Positions 28,143 to 38,778 of a stretch of DNA of 64,000 nucleotides are shown one piece after another. Below the pieces are notes generated by a model. That model saw only the letters and a program-made list of their open reading frames with translations, was not told where the DNA came from and ran no database searches. Location of the stretch: NCBI GenBank assembly GCA_017484065.1, contig JAFUTX010000031.1:98581-162580 (forward strand). The letters run 5' to 3'. The stretch's first letter is position 1, and every line of letters starts with the position of its first letter. The DNA is from Bacilli bacterium (GTDB lineage: Bacteria > Bacillota_I > Bacilli_A > RF39 > UBA660). The position numbers were made by a program, and so were the translations under genes.

Positions 28143-29006
28143 ATGATTTCATTTATTATTTTACATTATAAAAATTTAAAAGATACTATAGAATGTATTG
28201 ATTCAATAAAAAAAATAAATTATAACAAAGATAAAATATCTATTATTGTTGTTGATAATGGTACTTTAGATAATGAAGGCAAAGAACAATTATCAAATTA
28301 TACAAATGATTTGATAGCTTTAGAAGAAAATGTAGGATTTGCAAAAGCTAATAATATTGGTTGTAAATATGCTATTAATAAATATAATCCTGATTTTCTT
28401 TGTGTAATTAATAATGATACAATTATAAAACAGTCTAACTTTATAAAAATAATAAATGAAGCTTATGAAAAGTATGAATTTGATATATTAGGACCAAAGA
28501 TAATTTGTCCGGCAGGAAGTGGATCAGTTAATCCCTATAAACCTTTAAAAAATAGACAAGAAGTTATTGATAAACTTAATTATCAAAAAAGATTATTGAA
28601 AATATATCAAAATAAATTATTAAGATTAATATTAAATATTTATTTGAATATAAAGAAGAAAATAAAAAAAGTAAACATACCAGTTAATGGAGATAAAGAA
28701 GAAATTAATTGTGCATTACATGGTTGTGCAATCATATTTTCAAAAAAATATTATAAAAAGTATCAAGATGTTTTTTATAATGAAACCTTTTTATATCATG
28801 AAGAGGATTTCTTATATCATAGAATAGTTAAGGATGAGCTTAAGTCTTTATATTTACCAAAATTAGAAATAGAACATAAAGAAGGGGCAAGTCTTGATTT
28901 AACTTTTAATGGTGATAAATATAGTAAGTTGATTTTTAGAACAAAAGAAATAATAATTTCATTAGAAAAATTACTAGAATTATATAACAATGGAGGAGAA
29001 AAATGA
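28143..29006 (+). CDS. family 2 glycosyltransferase
   Basis: IIVVDNGT, DxD-like motifs. Confidence 0.7.
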   Translation: MISFIILHYKNLKDTIECIDSIKKINYNKDKISIIVVDNGTLDNEGKEQLSNYTNDLIALEENVGFAKANNIGCKYAINKYNPDFLCVINNDTIIKQSNFIKIINEAYEKYEFDILGPKIICPAGSGSVNPYKPLKNRQEVIDKLNYQKRLLKIYQNKLLRLILNIYLNIKKKIKKVNIPVNGDKEEINCALHGCAIIFSKKYYKKYQDVFYNETFLYHEEDFLYHRIVKDELKSLYLPKLEIEHKEGASLDLTFNGDKYSKLIFRTKEIIISLEKLLELYNNGGEK

Positions 29007-30958
29007 AGAAAGAAAGTAAAAAAGAATTATCAATTATAATACCTTGTTATAATTCGGAAAAGTATATTGTAAAATGTTTAAATTCTCTAAAAAAACAGTT
29101 ACAAAACATCAATCATGAGATTATTATAGTTGATGATTGTTCTCAAGATAATACTGTGAATGTTATAAAAGAATATATAAATAATAATATTCTAAATATC
29201 ATATTTCTACAAAATGAAAATAATAAAGGAGCTGGATATTCAAGAAATAAAGCTATTAAAATTGCCAAGTTTGATTATATATCTTTTATTGATTCAGATG
29301 ATTATTTAGATGATAATTATTATGAAACATTATTAAATATATTATATACTAATAATTTAGATGTTGTTGTTTGCGACATTAATTGTGTTTATGAAGATCA
29401 AACTCCATCAGTTATTGGTGAAGGATGCTGTGGAAAAGTTTCTAATATTAATATTATAAATACAGGTTTTGCTGCATCGCCTTGTAATAAAATTATTAGA
29501 AAAAATTTGTTAGAAAAATATCCTTTTGCTGAAGGTATTATGAATGAAGATATAGCATCTATTATTGCAATTATAGCAAATTGTGAAAGGATAGGTTATA
29601 CTAATAAAACGAAATATAATTATGTACAACATAGCAGTTCCGTTCAAAACTCAGGTTTATCTGACAAAAGGTTTGATATTTTTAAATCTATTGAGTTATT
29701 AGAAAAAAGAATTAGGGATAATGAAAACCATGATAAAATAATGAAAATTATATGTTATCAACAATTGTTTTTATTCTTTATTTATGTAATTCCAAGAGAA
29801 AAGAAATTATTAAAAAGAACTAAATTTTTAAGAAAGTTTAATAGAATGTCTAAAAAGTATAACTTAAAACAGAATAATCTGTGCTTTGAAAACTTGGAGA
29901 GAAGAGGCAAAAAAGCTTCATTCTATTATAAATTACTATTTTATTTGAATTATTATGGTTTTAGTTTTCTTACTAGTTTAATTATATCGGCATATAATAG
30001 TTATCATAAATTTAAATATAGTAGTTTTATTGTTAATAAAAAATCTGTTATAAAGAAGAACATTGATATAAAGGATTTGATTAATGTTGCTAAAAAGCAA
30101 AGTAAAATGCATGATAACAAAATTAAGCTAACGGCTATTATACCTAATTATAATTATGAAAAATTTATGTATCAAAGAGTATATAGTATTTTGAATCAAG
30201 ATTATAAAATTGATGAATTAATAATACTTGATGATTGTTCTAAAGATAATTCGAGAGAATTAATAGATTGTATTGTAGATAATTTGAAAGAATATATAAA
30301 TATAAAAAAGATATATAATGAAAAGAATAGTGGTAGCCCTTTCAAACAATGGAAAAAAGGTTTTGATAATGCTTCTGGTGATTATGTATGGATTGCAGAA
30401 GCAGATGACTATTGTGAAAATAATATGGTTTCTTGTTTGATGAATACAATAAAAAGAAATAATGATATAGTTTTAAGTTATGTAGATACTGCCTTTGTTG
30501 ATGAATTTGGAGTGGTTAGAGTAAAATCAATTAAGCCAGAAATAGATATTCAAAAGACAAATCATTGGAATAAAGATTTTATTAATGATGGTGTCGATGA
30601 AATTAAGAATTATTGTTATCTGAATTGTACAATAGCCAATGTGTCTAGTGTTATTTTTAAAAATGGTGATTATGATCAATATTTCAAAATTTCAAGTGAA
30701 TTTAAGCAAGCTGGCGATTGGTTATTTTATGTTAATGTAATAAAAAACGGGAATATATCTTTTATAAATAAACCATTAAATTATTATAGAGTGCATGGAA
30801 ATAATGTTACAAGTACAACAAAAAAAGAAATGCATTTAGAAGAAATAAAGAAAATACATAAAATTATAAATGACGAATTTAATTTAAATGATACATGCCA
30901 TGATAATATGAAAAAAAGAATTGAATTTTTGAAAAAAGTATGGGATTTAAATAAGTAA
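29003..30958 (+). CDS. tandem two-domain family 2 glycosyltransferase
   Basis: two GT2 modules (LSIIIPCYN..IIVDDCS and LTAIIPNYN..LIILDDCS); 651 aa. Confidence 0.75.
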   Translation: MKKESKKELSIIIPCYNSEKYIVKCLNSLKKQLQNINHEIIIVDDCSQDNTVNVIKEYINNNILNIIFLQNENNKGAGYSRNKAIKIAKFDYISFIDSDDYLDDNYYETLLNILYTNNLDVVVCDINCVYEDQTPSVIGEGCCGKVSNINIINTGFAASPCNKIIRKNLLEKYPFAEGIMNEDIASIIAIIANCERIGYTNKTKYNYVQHSSSVQNSGLSDKRFDIFKSIELLEKRIRDNENHDKIMKIICYQQLFLFFIYVIPREKKLLKRTKFLRKFNRMSKKYNLKQNNLCFENLERRGKKASFYYKLLFYLNYYGFSFLTSLIISAYNSYHKFKYSSFIVNKKSVIKKNIDIKDLINVAKKQSKMHDNKIKLTAIIPNYNYEKFMYQRVYSILNQDYKIDELIILDDCSKDNSRELIDCIVDNLKEYINIKKIYNEKNSGSPFKQWKKGFDNASGDYVWIAEADDYCENNMVSCLMNTIKRNNDIVLSYVDTAFVDEFGVVRVKSIKPEIDIQKTNHWNKDFINDGVDEIKNYCYLNCTIANVSSVIFKNGDYDQYFKISSEFKQAGDWLFYVNVIKNGNISFINKPLNYYRVHGNNVTSTTKKEMHLEEIKKIHKIINDEFNLNDTCHDNMKKRIEFLKKVWDLNK

Positions 30959-31005
30959 TAATGTATAATATTTTTATATTACATGAAATTTAGGGAGGTA
31001 GTACA

Positions 31006-32700
31006 ATGAATATAGATATTGTGTTTGTAACTTATAATTCTGAAAAATGGATAGATGGGTGCATAAATAGTATATTAAAAAACAAATATGATTTAAGCAA
31101 AATTTCATTAATTTTTTACGATAACAATTCAAAAGATAACACTTTAAAAAAGTTAGAAGAAATAAAGAGTAAAAACAAAAAAATATTTAAAGACTTTATT
31201 GTTGTTAAATCTAATAAAAATAAGGGATTTGGGTATGGTAATAATATTGGTGCAAGATATGGCAATTCACCCTATATTTTCTTTTTAAATGTTGATACAG
31301 AAATTAATGAAGACACTTTTTCTAAATTAGAAAATGCCATAAAAAATTCTGATGAAAAATTTGCAATGTGGGAATTGGCACAAAGGCCATATGAACATCC
31401 TAAATTTTATAATCCAATTACTGGTGAAACATCGTGGGCTAGCGGAGCTTGTATGATAGTTAAAAGAAATGTATATGAAAAGCTTGGCGGATTTGATACC
31501 AAAATATTTATGTATTGTGAAGATGTAGAAATAAGTTGGAATTTTAGAAAAAATGGCTATGCCATAAAGTATTTATTTGATATTCCAATTATCCATTATT
31601 CTTATGAAAAACCTAACGAATTTAAATATACACAATTTGTTTATGGTTTTATTAGCAATTGGTATATAAGAGCAAAGTATGGACAATTTAAAAATTTTAT
31701 GCGAGGTACACAATATATGTTTCAAACTGCATTTAAAGGAACTAGTATACCAAAAAGTTTAGATAAAAATACTATTAAAAAAATAAAAAGTTCTTTACGA
31801 TATGAAATTTTTAAACATTTCTTTAGAAATCTATTTATTAACATATTTACTGAGAAAATGTGTTTTGAACCAAGATTTATTTTTGGATTAGATTATGAAA
31901 TATCTAATGAGAATCCATTTTATATTCAACCTGATATAAAATCTAATCCTCTAGTAAGTATAATTGTACGTACCTGTGATCGAAAAGAAGCTTTAAGAGA
32001 AAATTTAATTTCTTTACGCAATCAAACATATAAAAATATTGAAATTATAGTAATAGAAGACGGGGAAAATATCTCAGAACAGATGGTAAAAAGAGAATTT
32101 TCTGATTTAAATATATTGTATGAAGCAACAGGAAAAAATGTGGGACGTTCAAAAGCTGCGAATATTGCTATGTCAAAAGCAACAGGAAAATATTTAAATT
32201 TTTTAGATGATGACGATGTTTTTTTTCCAAATCATGTAGAAACATTAGTAAAAGTTATTGAAAATAACAATTATGATATTGTTTATGATGGTGCCTTTGA
32301 AACTAAAATCAATGTTATTAGTAAAAAACCGTATAAATATGAAGTCAAAGCAAAAGGATTATGTGAAAGTAAAAAATATAGTAAAAAGAGACTATATAGA
32401 GTTAATTTATTTCCAATTCAAACAGTTATGTTTAAAAGAGATTTATTTATTGAATGTGGTGGATTTGATGAAAACATAGATGCATTAGAGGATTGGGATT
32501 TTTGGGTAAGGTTATCTTTAAAGCACGAATTCCATCAAGTTTTAGCTACTACGAGTATTTTTAGAACACCTTATGATAAAACAATTGAAAAAGAAAGAGA
32601 TAAATTTTTGTTAAGCACTTTAAATTATTTGAATGATAAGTTTAAAACATATAAACCAGAATTATCTGTTTCTGATTTTTATATAGATGATAAATATTAA
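31006..32700 (+). CDS. tandem two-domain family 2 glycosyltransferase
   Basis: two GT2 modules (DIVFVTYNS.. and VSIIVRTCDR..IIVIEDG); 564 aa. Confidence 0.75.
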   Translation: MNIDIVFVTYNSEKWIDGCINSILKNKYDLSKISLIFYDNNSKDNTLKKLEEIKSKNKKIFKDFIVVKSNKNKGFGYGNNIGARYGNSPYIFFLNVDTEINEDTFSKLENAIKNSDEKFAMWELAQRPYEHPKFYNPITGETSWASGACMIVKRNVYEKLGGFDTKIFMYCEDVEISWNFRKNGYAIKYLFDIPIIHYSYEKPNEFKYTQFVYGFISNWYIRAKYGQFKNFMRGTQYMFQTAFKGTSIPKSLDKNTIKKIKSSLRYEIFKHFFRNLFINIFTEKMCFEPRFIFGLDYEISNENPFYIQPDIKSNPLVSIIVRTCDRKEALRENLISLRNQTYKNIEIIVIEDGENISEQMVKREFSDLNILYEATGKNVGRSKAANIAMSKATGKYLNFLDDDDVFFPNHVETLVKVIENNNYDIVYDGAFETKINVISKKPYKYEVKAKGLCESKKYSKKRLYRVNLFPIQTVMFKRDLFIECGGFDENIDALEDWDFWVRLSLKHEFHQVLATTSIFRTPYDKTIEKERDKFLLSTLNYLNDKFKTYKPELSVSDFYIDDKY

Positions 32701-32718
32701 GAAAGGATTGTTAGCAAA

Positions 32719-34584
32719 ATGACTTATTTGATTCCAATTTTATATTTTCTATTTTTTACTATATCTTTAGTAGTTATAACTAAGAAGAGCTTTGGTAAAT
32801 GTTTGCCTCTTTCAGTTTTTATTAGCTCATTTATTATGTTTTTTAGTGTAATACTATTTAAAACTTTTAATATAGGCTTTTGGATAAATGTTCTATTAGC
32901 ATTGTCATTTATAATTATAATTCCTTTTTATATATGGAAAAAAACTATTAAGTTAGAAGAAATAAAAAATCTTGTTTTTACAAAGGGATTTTACGCTTAT
33001 ATTATTTGTTCAATAGCTGTATTTGTATATGACTATAATAGAGGATTTACTGGTTGGGATGAATTTTCTCATTGGGGTGTAATGATAAAAGAAATGTTAA
33101 GGCTTGATTCTCTTTATTCAGTTAAATCTTCAACATTATTAGTTCATAAGGATTATCCACCGATTGTTCAAATTTATGAATTGCTATTTGTAAAACTTTC
33201 AGGAGGATTTAGTGAAGAAAGATTAATTAGTTCTATTCATTTGTTGGAAATGATGCTTTTTATACCAGCAATTTGTGAAATAAGGCTGAACAAGAGTAAA
33301 ATAAGTGAATATTTTTCTGGAATTGCTTTATTTTTTATAGTCTTGTTTTTAATTTTGTTTCTTGATTGCCATTCTGTTATGAATTGCATATATACTGATT
33401 ATGTTATGGCAATTTTAGTTGGATATATTATGTTTTCAATTATATCAGAAAAGGACAATTTTAAATTATTTCAAATAGTAAATTTAACCTTAGCATTTTC
33501 CTTCTTATTACTAACTAAACAAATGGGATTACCTCTATTTGCAATGTGTATTTTTTTAATTATATTAGATATGATTTTGAAAAAACAAATAAAATTGAAA
33601 AATGTAGTTAAACTAGCAGTTATCATTATTATTCCATTCTTATTCTGGAAAGGCTGGGATATTTATGTAAACAAATTAGATTTAGTTAGACAATTTAAAT
33701 TTTCAGACATAAATCTATCTAATTTATATAATATTATTCTTGGAAGTGGAGGAGAAGAATGGCAGCATACAACTGTTATGAATTATTTAAAGGGGATAAG
33801 TAATATACCTAATACAACTTCTTATATTCAATTAAACTATTATCAATTAGTAGCGTTTGGATTAGCTATGCTACTAGTATTATATAAATTTTTTAATAAA
33901 TATTTTTATAAAAAACAAGTTCAATCAATATTTATTACATTATTAATTGGAGCATTAGGATATGCGTTTACGATGCTTGTTTTATATGTATTTTCTTTTG
34001 GAGCAGGTGAAGGACCTACATTAGCTTCTTTTAATAGATATATGCCTACATACGTTATGATTATATTTTCCATGTTAATTATGTTATTTTTACATTTTTC
34101 TAATTTATCTAAAAAGTATAATAATATATACTTTTTAGCAATATTAATGTTGATTATACAATCGCCAAATGTATTAGATAGAATTACTTTCCCAATTATA
34201 GATAATACTAATAGTATATATAAACTTAATGCGGAATGTATAGAAAATGATATTAAAGATGATTCTAAAGTATATATTATAGCGCAAGATAGTGCGGCTG
34301 AATATCAATATTTTATAAAGTATTATTTAGATGATAATATTGTTAATACTACTTTTTATAATTTGGAAAATGATAACTCAATTGATATTATAGATTATTT
34401 CTACAGTCAAGTTTATCCTTTAATCAAAAATTATGATTATCTATATTTAGCAAAAATAAATGATGACTTTAAGAATAATTATAGTTTTTTATTTGATAAC
34501 GAAGTTATCGAACATCAATTATATAAGATTATAGTAAATAAAGGTAAAATAAAATTCATTTTGGAAGAGTGGTGTGAGCTATAA
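32719..34584 (+). CDS. large polytopic membrane protein (candidate GT-C glycosyltransferase/polymerase)
   Basis: 621 aa, >12 TM, large extracytoplasmic C-terminal domain. Confidence 0.4.
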   Translation: MTYLIPILYFLFFTISLVVITKKSFGKCLPLSVFISSFIMFFSVILFKTFNIGFWINVLLALSFIIIIPFYIWKKTIKLEEIKNLVFTKGFYAYIICSIAVFVYDYNRGFTGWDEFSHWGVMIKEMLRLDSLYSVKSSTLLVHKDYPPIVQIYELLFVKLSGGFSEERLISSIHLLEMMLFIPAICEIRLNKSKISEYFSGIALFFIVLFLILFLDCHSVMNCIYTDYVMAILVGYIMFSIISEKDNFKLFQIVNLTLAFSFLLLTKQMGLPLFAMCIFLIILDMILKKQIKLKNVVKLAVIIIIPFLFWKGWDIYVNKLDLVRQFKFSDINLSNLYNIILGSGGEEWQHTTVMNYLKGISNIPNTTSYIQLNYYQLVAFGLAMLLVLYKFFNKYFYKKQVQSIFITLLIGALGYAFTMLVLYVFSFGAGEGPTLASFNRYMPTYVMIIFSMLIMLFLHFSNLSKKYNNIYFLAILMLIIQSPNVLDRITFPIIDNTNSIYKLNAECIENDIKDDSKVYIIAQDSAAEYQYFIKYYLDDNIVNTTFYNLENDNSIDIIDYFYSQVYPLIKNYDYLYLAKINDDFKNNYSFLFDNEVIEHQLYKIIVNKGKIKFILEEWCEL

Positions 34585-36263
34585 TGAATTTAAAATGTTT
34601 TAATAAAATAAGTAATAAAAAATTGTTAATTACTTTTTTTATCAGCATCTTTATTTTTGGATTGCTCTTTTTACCAAAAATAAGTCCAAATTTTGATGAA
34701 AATATAGAACAAAATATATTAAGAAGTAATATTTTGCAATATTCAAAAATATTAAAATTAAATAGTTTGACAGAATATTATGAGAATATGGGAATAGTCC
34801 CCATTTCCCAAAGTAGTGAAAAAGATCATGGAATAGCCTCTTATTATTTAGCTTCACCAATATTATTATTATATAACGTTTCAGCTAATTATGTATCTGT
34901 TCTTTGGCATATTTATACATATTCTATATTTTTCTTAAGTGTTATATATATATTTAAATTGATTATGTATTTATATAAAAAACGGTCAGTTGCTTTTATT
35001 ACTACTATGATGTATTTCTTTTCGCCGAGAATATTGATTGATTCATTACACAATAATAAAGATATTATATTTATGTCATTGCTTATAATAATGCTATATT
35101 ATGGATTAAGATTTACTAATGAACGTAAATATAAAGATTCTATTAAATTTGCAATAGTAAGTGCATTTGTGTGCAACATTAAAGTATTAGGACTTTATTT
35201 TTTAGGTGTTGTAGGATTAGCTTATATATATAAAATGATTGTTAATAAAGAATTTAATCGGAAAAATTTTTGTTGTGGATTGGTCGCTGCTATTATATCA
35301 TTAGTGTTATATTTTTTGCTAACGCCAGCAATATATGGTTCGGGTAGTTTTGATTTAGTTAATTTTATTACTTACTGTTTGAGTAATTCTATTAATTTTA
35401 GAGGAACCCCTAATGTTTTATTTGAAGGTAATATATATAATAAATCTATTAATCCATTACCTTGGTATTATGTTCCTAAGATGATATCTGTAACATTACC
35501 TTTGTTTTTAATAGTAATGTTCTTAATATCTTTTATGTTAATTATATACAATAATTTTGTTTATTTAAAAAAAATTATTACTTTTAAGAATAAAAATAAA
35601 AAAGTAAAATATAATGAAAATTTGTTGAATCTAAATGTAGTATTATTAATATTTATAGTTCCATTGGCAATAGCAATCTTTACAAGGCCAAATTTATATA
35701 ATGGGTGGAGACATTTCTATTTCTTGTATGGTTTAATACTAATAATAACATCCTTTGGTATAAATCATATATATGTTAAATATTTAAATAAAAAAATGAT
35801 ATATTATATATTTACTATTTCATTAATTATATCATTAACTTATAATAGCTATTGTTTATTGAAATATTCTGTAGCTAATACAGCTTACTTTAATATATTA
35901 GTAAAAAAGAGTAATTTAGAAAATTACTATGAATTAGATTATTATGGAGTTACAACAGGTGAAGCTTTGGTAGAGTTTTTAAATACTAATCCTAAAACAG
36001 GTCCGGATGGAAAGGTTAATTTGTATGGATTTGGTTTTAATAGTAGAGTTATAGGAGATTTTTTTAGAACAGCTAATGGACATTTAAGAAAACAAATAAA
36101 TTATTTAAATAACGAACAATATGATGAATATGTTGATAAAAAATATCCAATATATATAGTTAGTAATAGTGTATATCAGACAAAAGAGTATGAGAATTAT
36201 CCTATTGTATTTAATTATAAAATATTTGATAATCACATAATTGATATTTATGAAAAAAAATAG
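34584..36263 (+). CDS. GT-C fold membrane glycosyltransferase (PMT/ArnT-like, Und-P-sugar dependent)
   Basis: 559 aa; DE motif (NFDENIEQ) in first extracytoplasmic loop; polytopic. Confidence 0.5.
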   Translation: MNLKCFNKISNKKLLITFFISIFIFGLLFLPKISPNFDENIEQNILRSNILQYSKILKLNSLTEYYENMGIVPISQSSEKDHGIASYYLASPILLLYNVSANYVSVLWHIYTYSIFFLSVIYIFKLIMYLYKKRSVAFITTMMYFFSPRILIDSLHNNKDIIFMSLLIIMLYYGLRFTNERKYKDSIKFAIVSAFVCNIKVLGLYFLGVVGLAYIYKMIVNKEFNRKNFCCGLVAAIISLVLYFLLTPAIYGSGSFDLVNFITYCLSNSINFRGTPNVLFEGNIYNKSINPLPWYYVPKMISVTLPLFLIVMFLISFMLIIYNNFVYLKKIITFKNKNKKVKYNENLLNLNVVLLIFIVPLAIAIFTRPNLYNGWRHFYFLYGLILIITSFGINHIYVKYLNKKMIYYIFTISLIISLTYNSYCLLKYSVANTAYFNILVKKSNLENYYELDYYGVTTGEALVEFLNTNPKTGPDGKVNLYGFGFNSRVIGDFFRTANGHLRKQINYLNNEQYDEYVDKKYPIYIVSNSVYQTKEYENYPIVFNYKIFDNHIIDIYEKK

Positions 36264-36283
36264 ATTTAAAGAGGAAGTATTGT

Positions 36284-37249
36284 ATGAAAAAAAATGATGT
36301 TTTATATGTTGTAGTGCCTTGCTACAATGAAGAAGAGGTATTAGAAGAAACTAACAAGAGATTAGTTGAAAAACTAAAAGATTTAATTAATAAAAGTAGT
36401 ATTTCAAAGAATAGTCGTATTATGTATGTAAATGATGGCTCAAAAGATAAAACTTGGGAATTGATTGAAAAACTACATAAAAGCAATGAACTAGTTTGTG
36501 GATTAAAACTATCTAGAAATCGTGGACACCAAAATGCATTATTTGCAGGTTTGATGACTGCTAAAGATAAAGCAGATATGATTATTTCAATGGATGCTGA
36601 TTTACAAGATGATATAAACGCGGTAGATGAAATGATTGAAAAGTACTATAATGGTTGTGAAGTTGTATATGGTGTTAGAAGTTCTAGAAAAAAAGATACA
36701 TTTTTTAAAAAATTTACTGCAGAAGGCTTTTATAAGATTATGAAATTTATGGGAGTTGATATTGTATTCAATCATGCAGATTACAGATTGACATCTAAAA
36801 GAGTTCTAAGCGAACTATCTAATTATAAAGAAGTTAATTTATTTTTAAGAGGTTTATTTCCAGTTATTGGTTTTAAATCAGATGTAGTATATTATGAAAG
36901 GGCTGAAAGGTTTGCAGGTGAATCTAAATATCCATTAAAGAAGATGGTGAGTTTTGCTTGGGAAGGAATAACATCATTTACTGTAAAGCCTTTAAAAATG
37001 ATTATGAATTTAGGCTTAATAATAGCGTTATTTAGTTTTATATTTTTGATTTATGTAATAATAGGTTATTTTACAGGAAATAGTGTTTCTGGTTGGACTA
37101 CTATTATTGTATTACTATGTTTATTTAGCGGTATTCAAATATTTTGTATTGGGATTATTGGTGAATATTTAGGAAAGGTATATATTGAAACAAAAGAAAG
37201 ACCTAGATATATAATTGCTCAAGCGTTAATTCATGAGGGAAAGGAATAA
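36284..37249 (+). CDS. gtrB: undecaprenyl-phosphate sugar synthase (GtrB/CsbB/ArnC-like GT2 with C-terminal TMs)
   Basis: YVVVPCYNEEE, DGSKD, DADLQDD motifs; two C-terminal TM. Confidence 0.8.
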   Translation: MKKNDVLYVVVPCYNEEEVLEETNKRLVEKLKDLINKSSISKNSRIMYVNDGSKDKTWELIEKLHKSNELVCGLKLSRNRGHQNALFAGLMTAKDKADMIISMDADLQDDINAVDEMIEKYYNGCEVVYGVRSSRKKDTFFKKFTAEGFYKIMKFMGVDIVFNHADYRLTSKRVLSELSNYKEVNLFLRGLFPVIGFKSDVVYYERAERFAGESKYPLKKMVSFAWEGITSFTVKPLKMIMNLGLIIALFSFIFLIYVIIGYFTGNSVSGWTTIIVLLCLFSGIQIFCIGIIGEYLGKVYIETKERPRYIIAQALIHEGKE

Positions 37250-37490
37250 GAAAAAAACACCTTTTATAGTAACATATACCAAAATTTTTGTATTACTATT
37301 TTTGTAACATAATTAATAAGAATAATTATGATAATATGGTGAACTATAAAAAGTATAGTAAAAAAACATTATAATATTTATGCAGAGTAAAATAGTAGTA
37401 ATTTTTGCTCATCACAACCTTATGAAGTGCATTATGAATATTGGTTACAGCAATATTTTGATATACCAGATACTATAGAAATGAAATGGA

Positions 37491-38687
37491 GTGAATGTAA
37501 TGAATAAATACAAAGGAATGATAAAACAGTTTATAAGATTTGGGATAGTAGGTTGTATTAATACTTTTAGTTCTTGGTTTTTTTATTATCCTTTAATATT
37601 TATTAATGTTAATTATAAAATAGCAACGACAATTGCTTATATTTTAAGTTCTATTATTGGTTATATTTTAAATAATGGTTGGGTATTTAAAAAAACAATT
37701 TATGATTCGAACTCTGTACTTAAGTATTATGTTGTATATGGTAGTTCATATATTTTAAATATTGGATGTATGTATTTATGGGTAGAAGTATTACAATTAT
37801 CAGCTTATATTGCACCAATATTAACGTTATTCATAACCGTACCATATAATTTTATATTTAGTAAACTATGGGTCTTTACTAAAAAGAAAAATATATATTT
37901 GAATAATCCTAAAAAATATCATACATTTGCAATATGCGCTTATAAAGAGTCAAAATATTTAGAAGAATGTATTAAATCAATAAAAAAACAATCAATAAAG
38001 ACTAATATTATTATTACATCATCTACCAAAAATAAGCATATAGAAAATTTAGCTAAAAAATATAATATTCAAACATATTTTAGAAATGGCAAAAGTGATA
38101 TTCAAGACGATTGGAATTTTGCAGTAAAAAAATGCAAAACTGAACTAGTAACTGTAGCTCATCAAGATGATATATATAATGAATATTATGTAGAAAATAT
38201 TTTGTCAAATTATACTGGAAAAGAGATAATGTTATCAACAAATAATTATTATTTAGTAAAAAATAAAAATTTATATAATAAAAATTTAAAATTAAAGGGA
38301 ATATTAAAAATACCATTAACTATCCCAGGTATATCCAATATAAGATGGATAAGAAAAATGACATTATCACTTGGAAATACAATTCAATGTCCTTCAGTTA
38401 CATACAATAAAAATATAATTGGTGATGATATTTTTACTTCGAATTTGAAATTTGGATTAGATTGGGATACTTTTTTTAAGTTATATAAAATGAAAGGTAA
38501 AATAAGATATATACCTAGAAAACTACTATCATTTAGAATAAGTAATGAATCTACGACAAAGCAATGTATGGATAATTCTTTAAGAATTAAAGAAGATAAT
38601 ATAATGTTTAAAAAATTTTGGCCAAGTTGGTTAGTAAAGATAATTATGAAATACTATGTAAAATGTTATGATGTATATAATGAGTAA
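37491..38687 (+). CDS. GtrA-like flippase domain fused to a GT2 domain
   Basis: N-terminal 4-TM GtrA pattern (FIRFGIVGCINT...), C-terminal GT2 (AICAYKES..). Confidence 0.6.
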   Translation: MNVMNKYKGMIKQFIRFGIVGCINTFSSWFFYYPLIFINVNYKIATTIAYILSSIIGYILNNGWVFKKTIYDSNSVLKYYVVYGSSYILNIGCMYLWVEVLQLSAYIAPILTLFITVPYNFIFSKLWVFTKKKNIYLNNPKKYHTFAICAYKESKYLEECIKSIKKQSIKTNIIITSSTKNKHIENLAKKYNIQTYFRNGKSDIQDDWNFAVKKCKTELVTVAHQDDIYNEYYVENILSNYTGKEIMLSTNNYYLVKNKNLYNKNLKLKGILKIPLTIPGISNIRWIRKMTLSLGNTIQCPSVTYNKNIIGDDIFTSNLKFGLDWDTFFKLYKMKGKIRYIPRKLLSFRISNESTTKQCMDNSLRIKEDNIMFKKFWPSWLVKIIMKYYVKCYDVYNE

Positions 38688-38778
38688 CTAAATATATTAG
38701 TAGATTTAAATGAAATAAGTAAAATTATATGTAAATCTTAGAAGTTGTGTTATAATATGTCTAAAGGAGTAATTATTT

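Noticed and set aside
32258-32479. 73-aa plus-strand ORF in alternate frame of GT2 gene
   Set aside because: Internal out-of-frame overlap with a well-supported two-domain GT2 ORF.
34651-34860. 69-aa minus-strand ORF
   Set aside because: Antisense to GT-C membrane protein gene.
38080-38316. 78-aa minus-strand ORF
   Set aside because: Antisense to GtrA-GT2 fusion gene.
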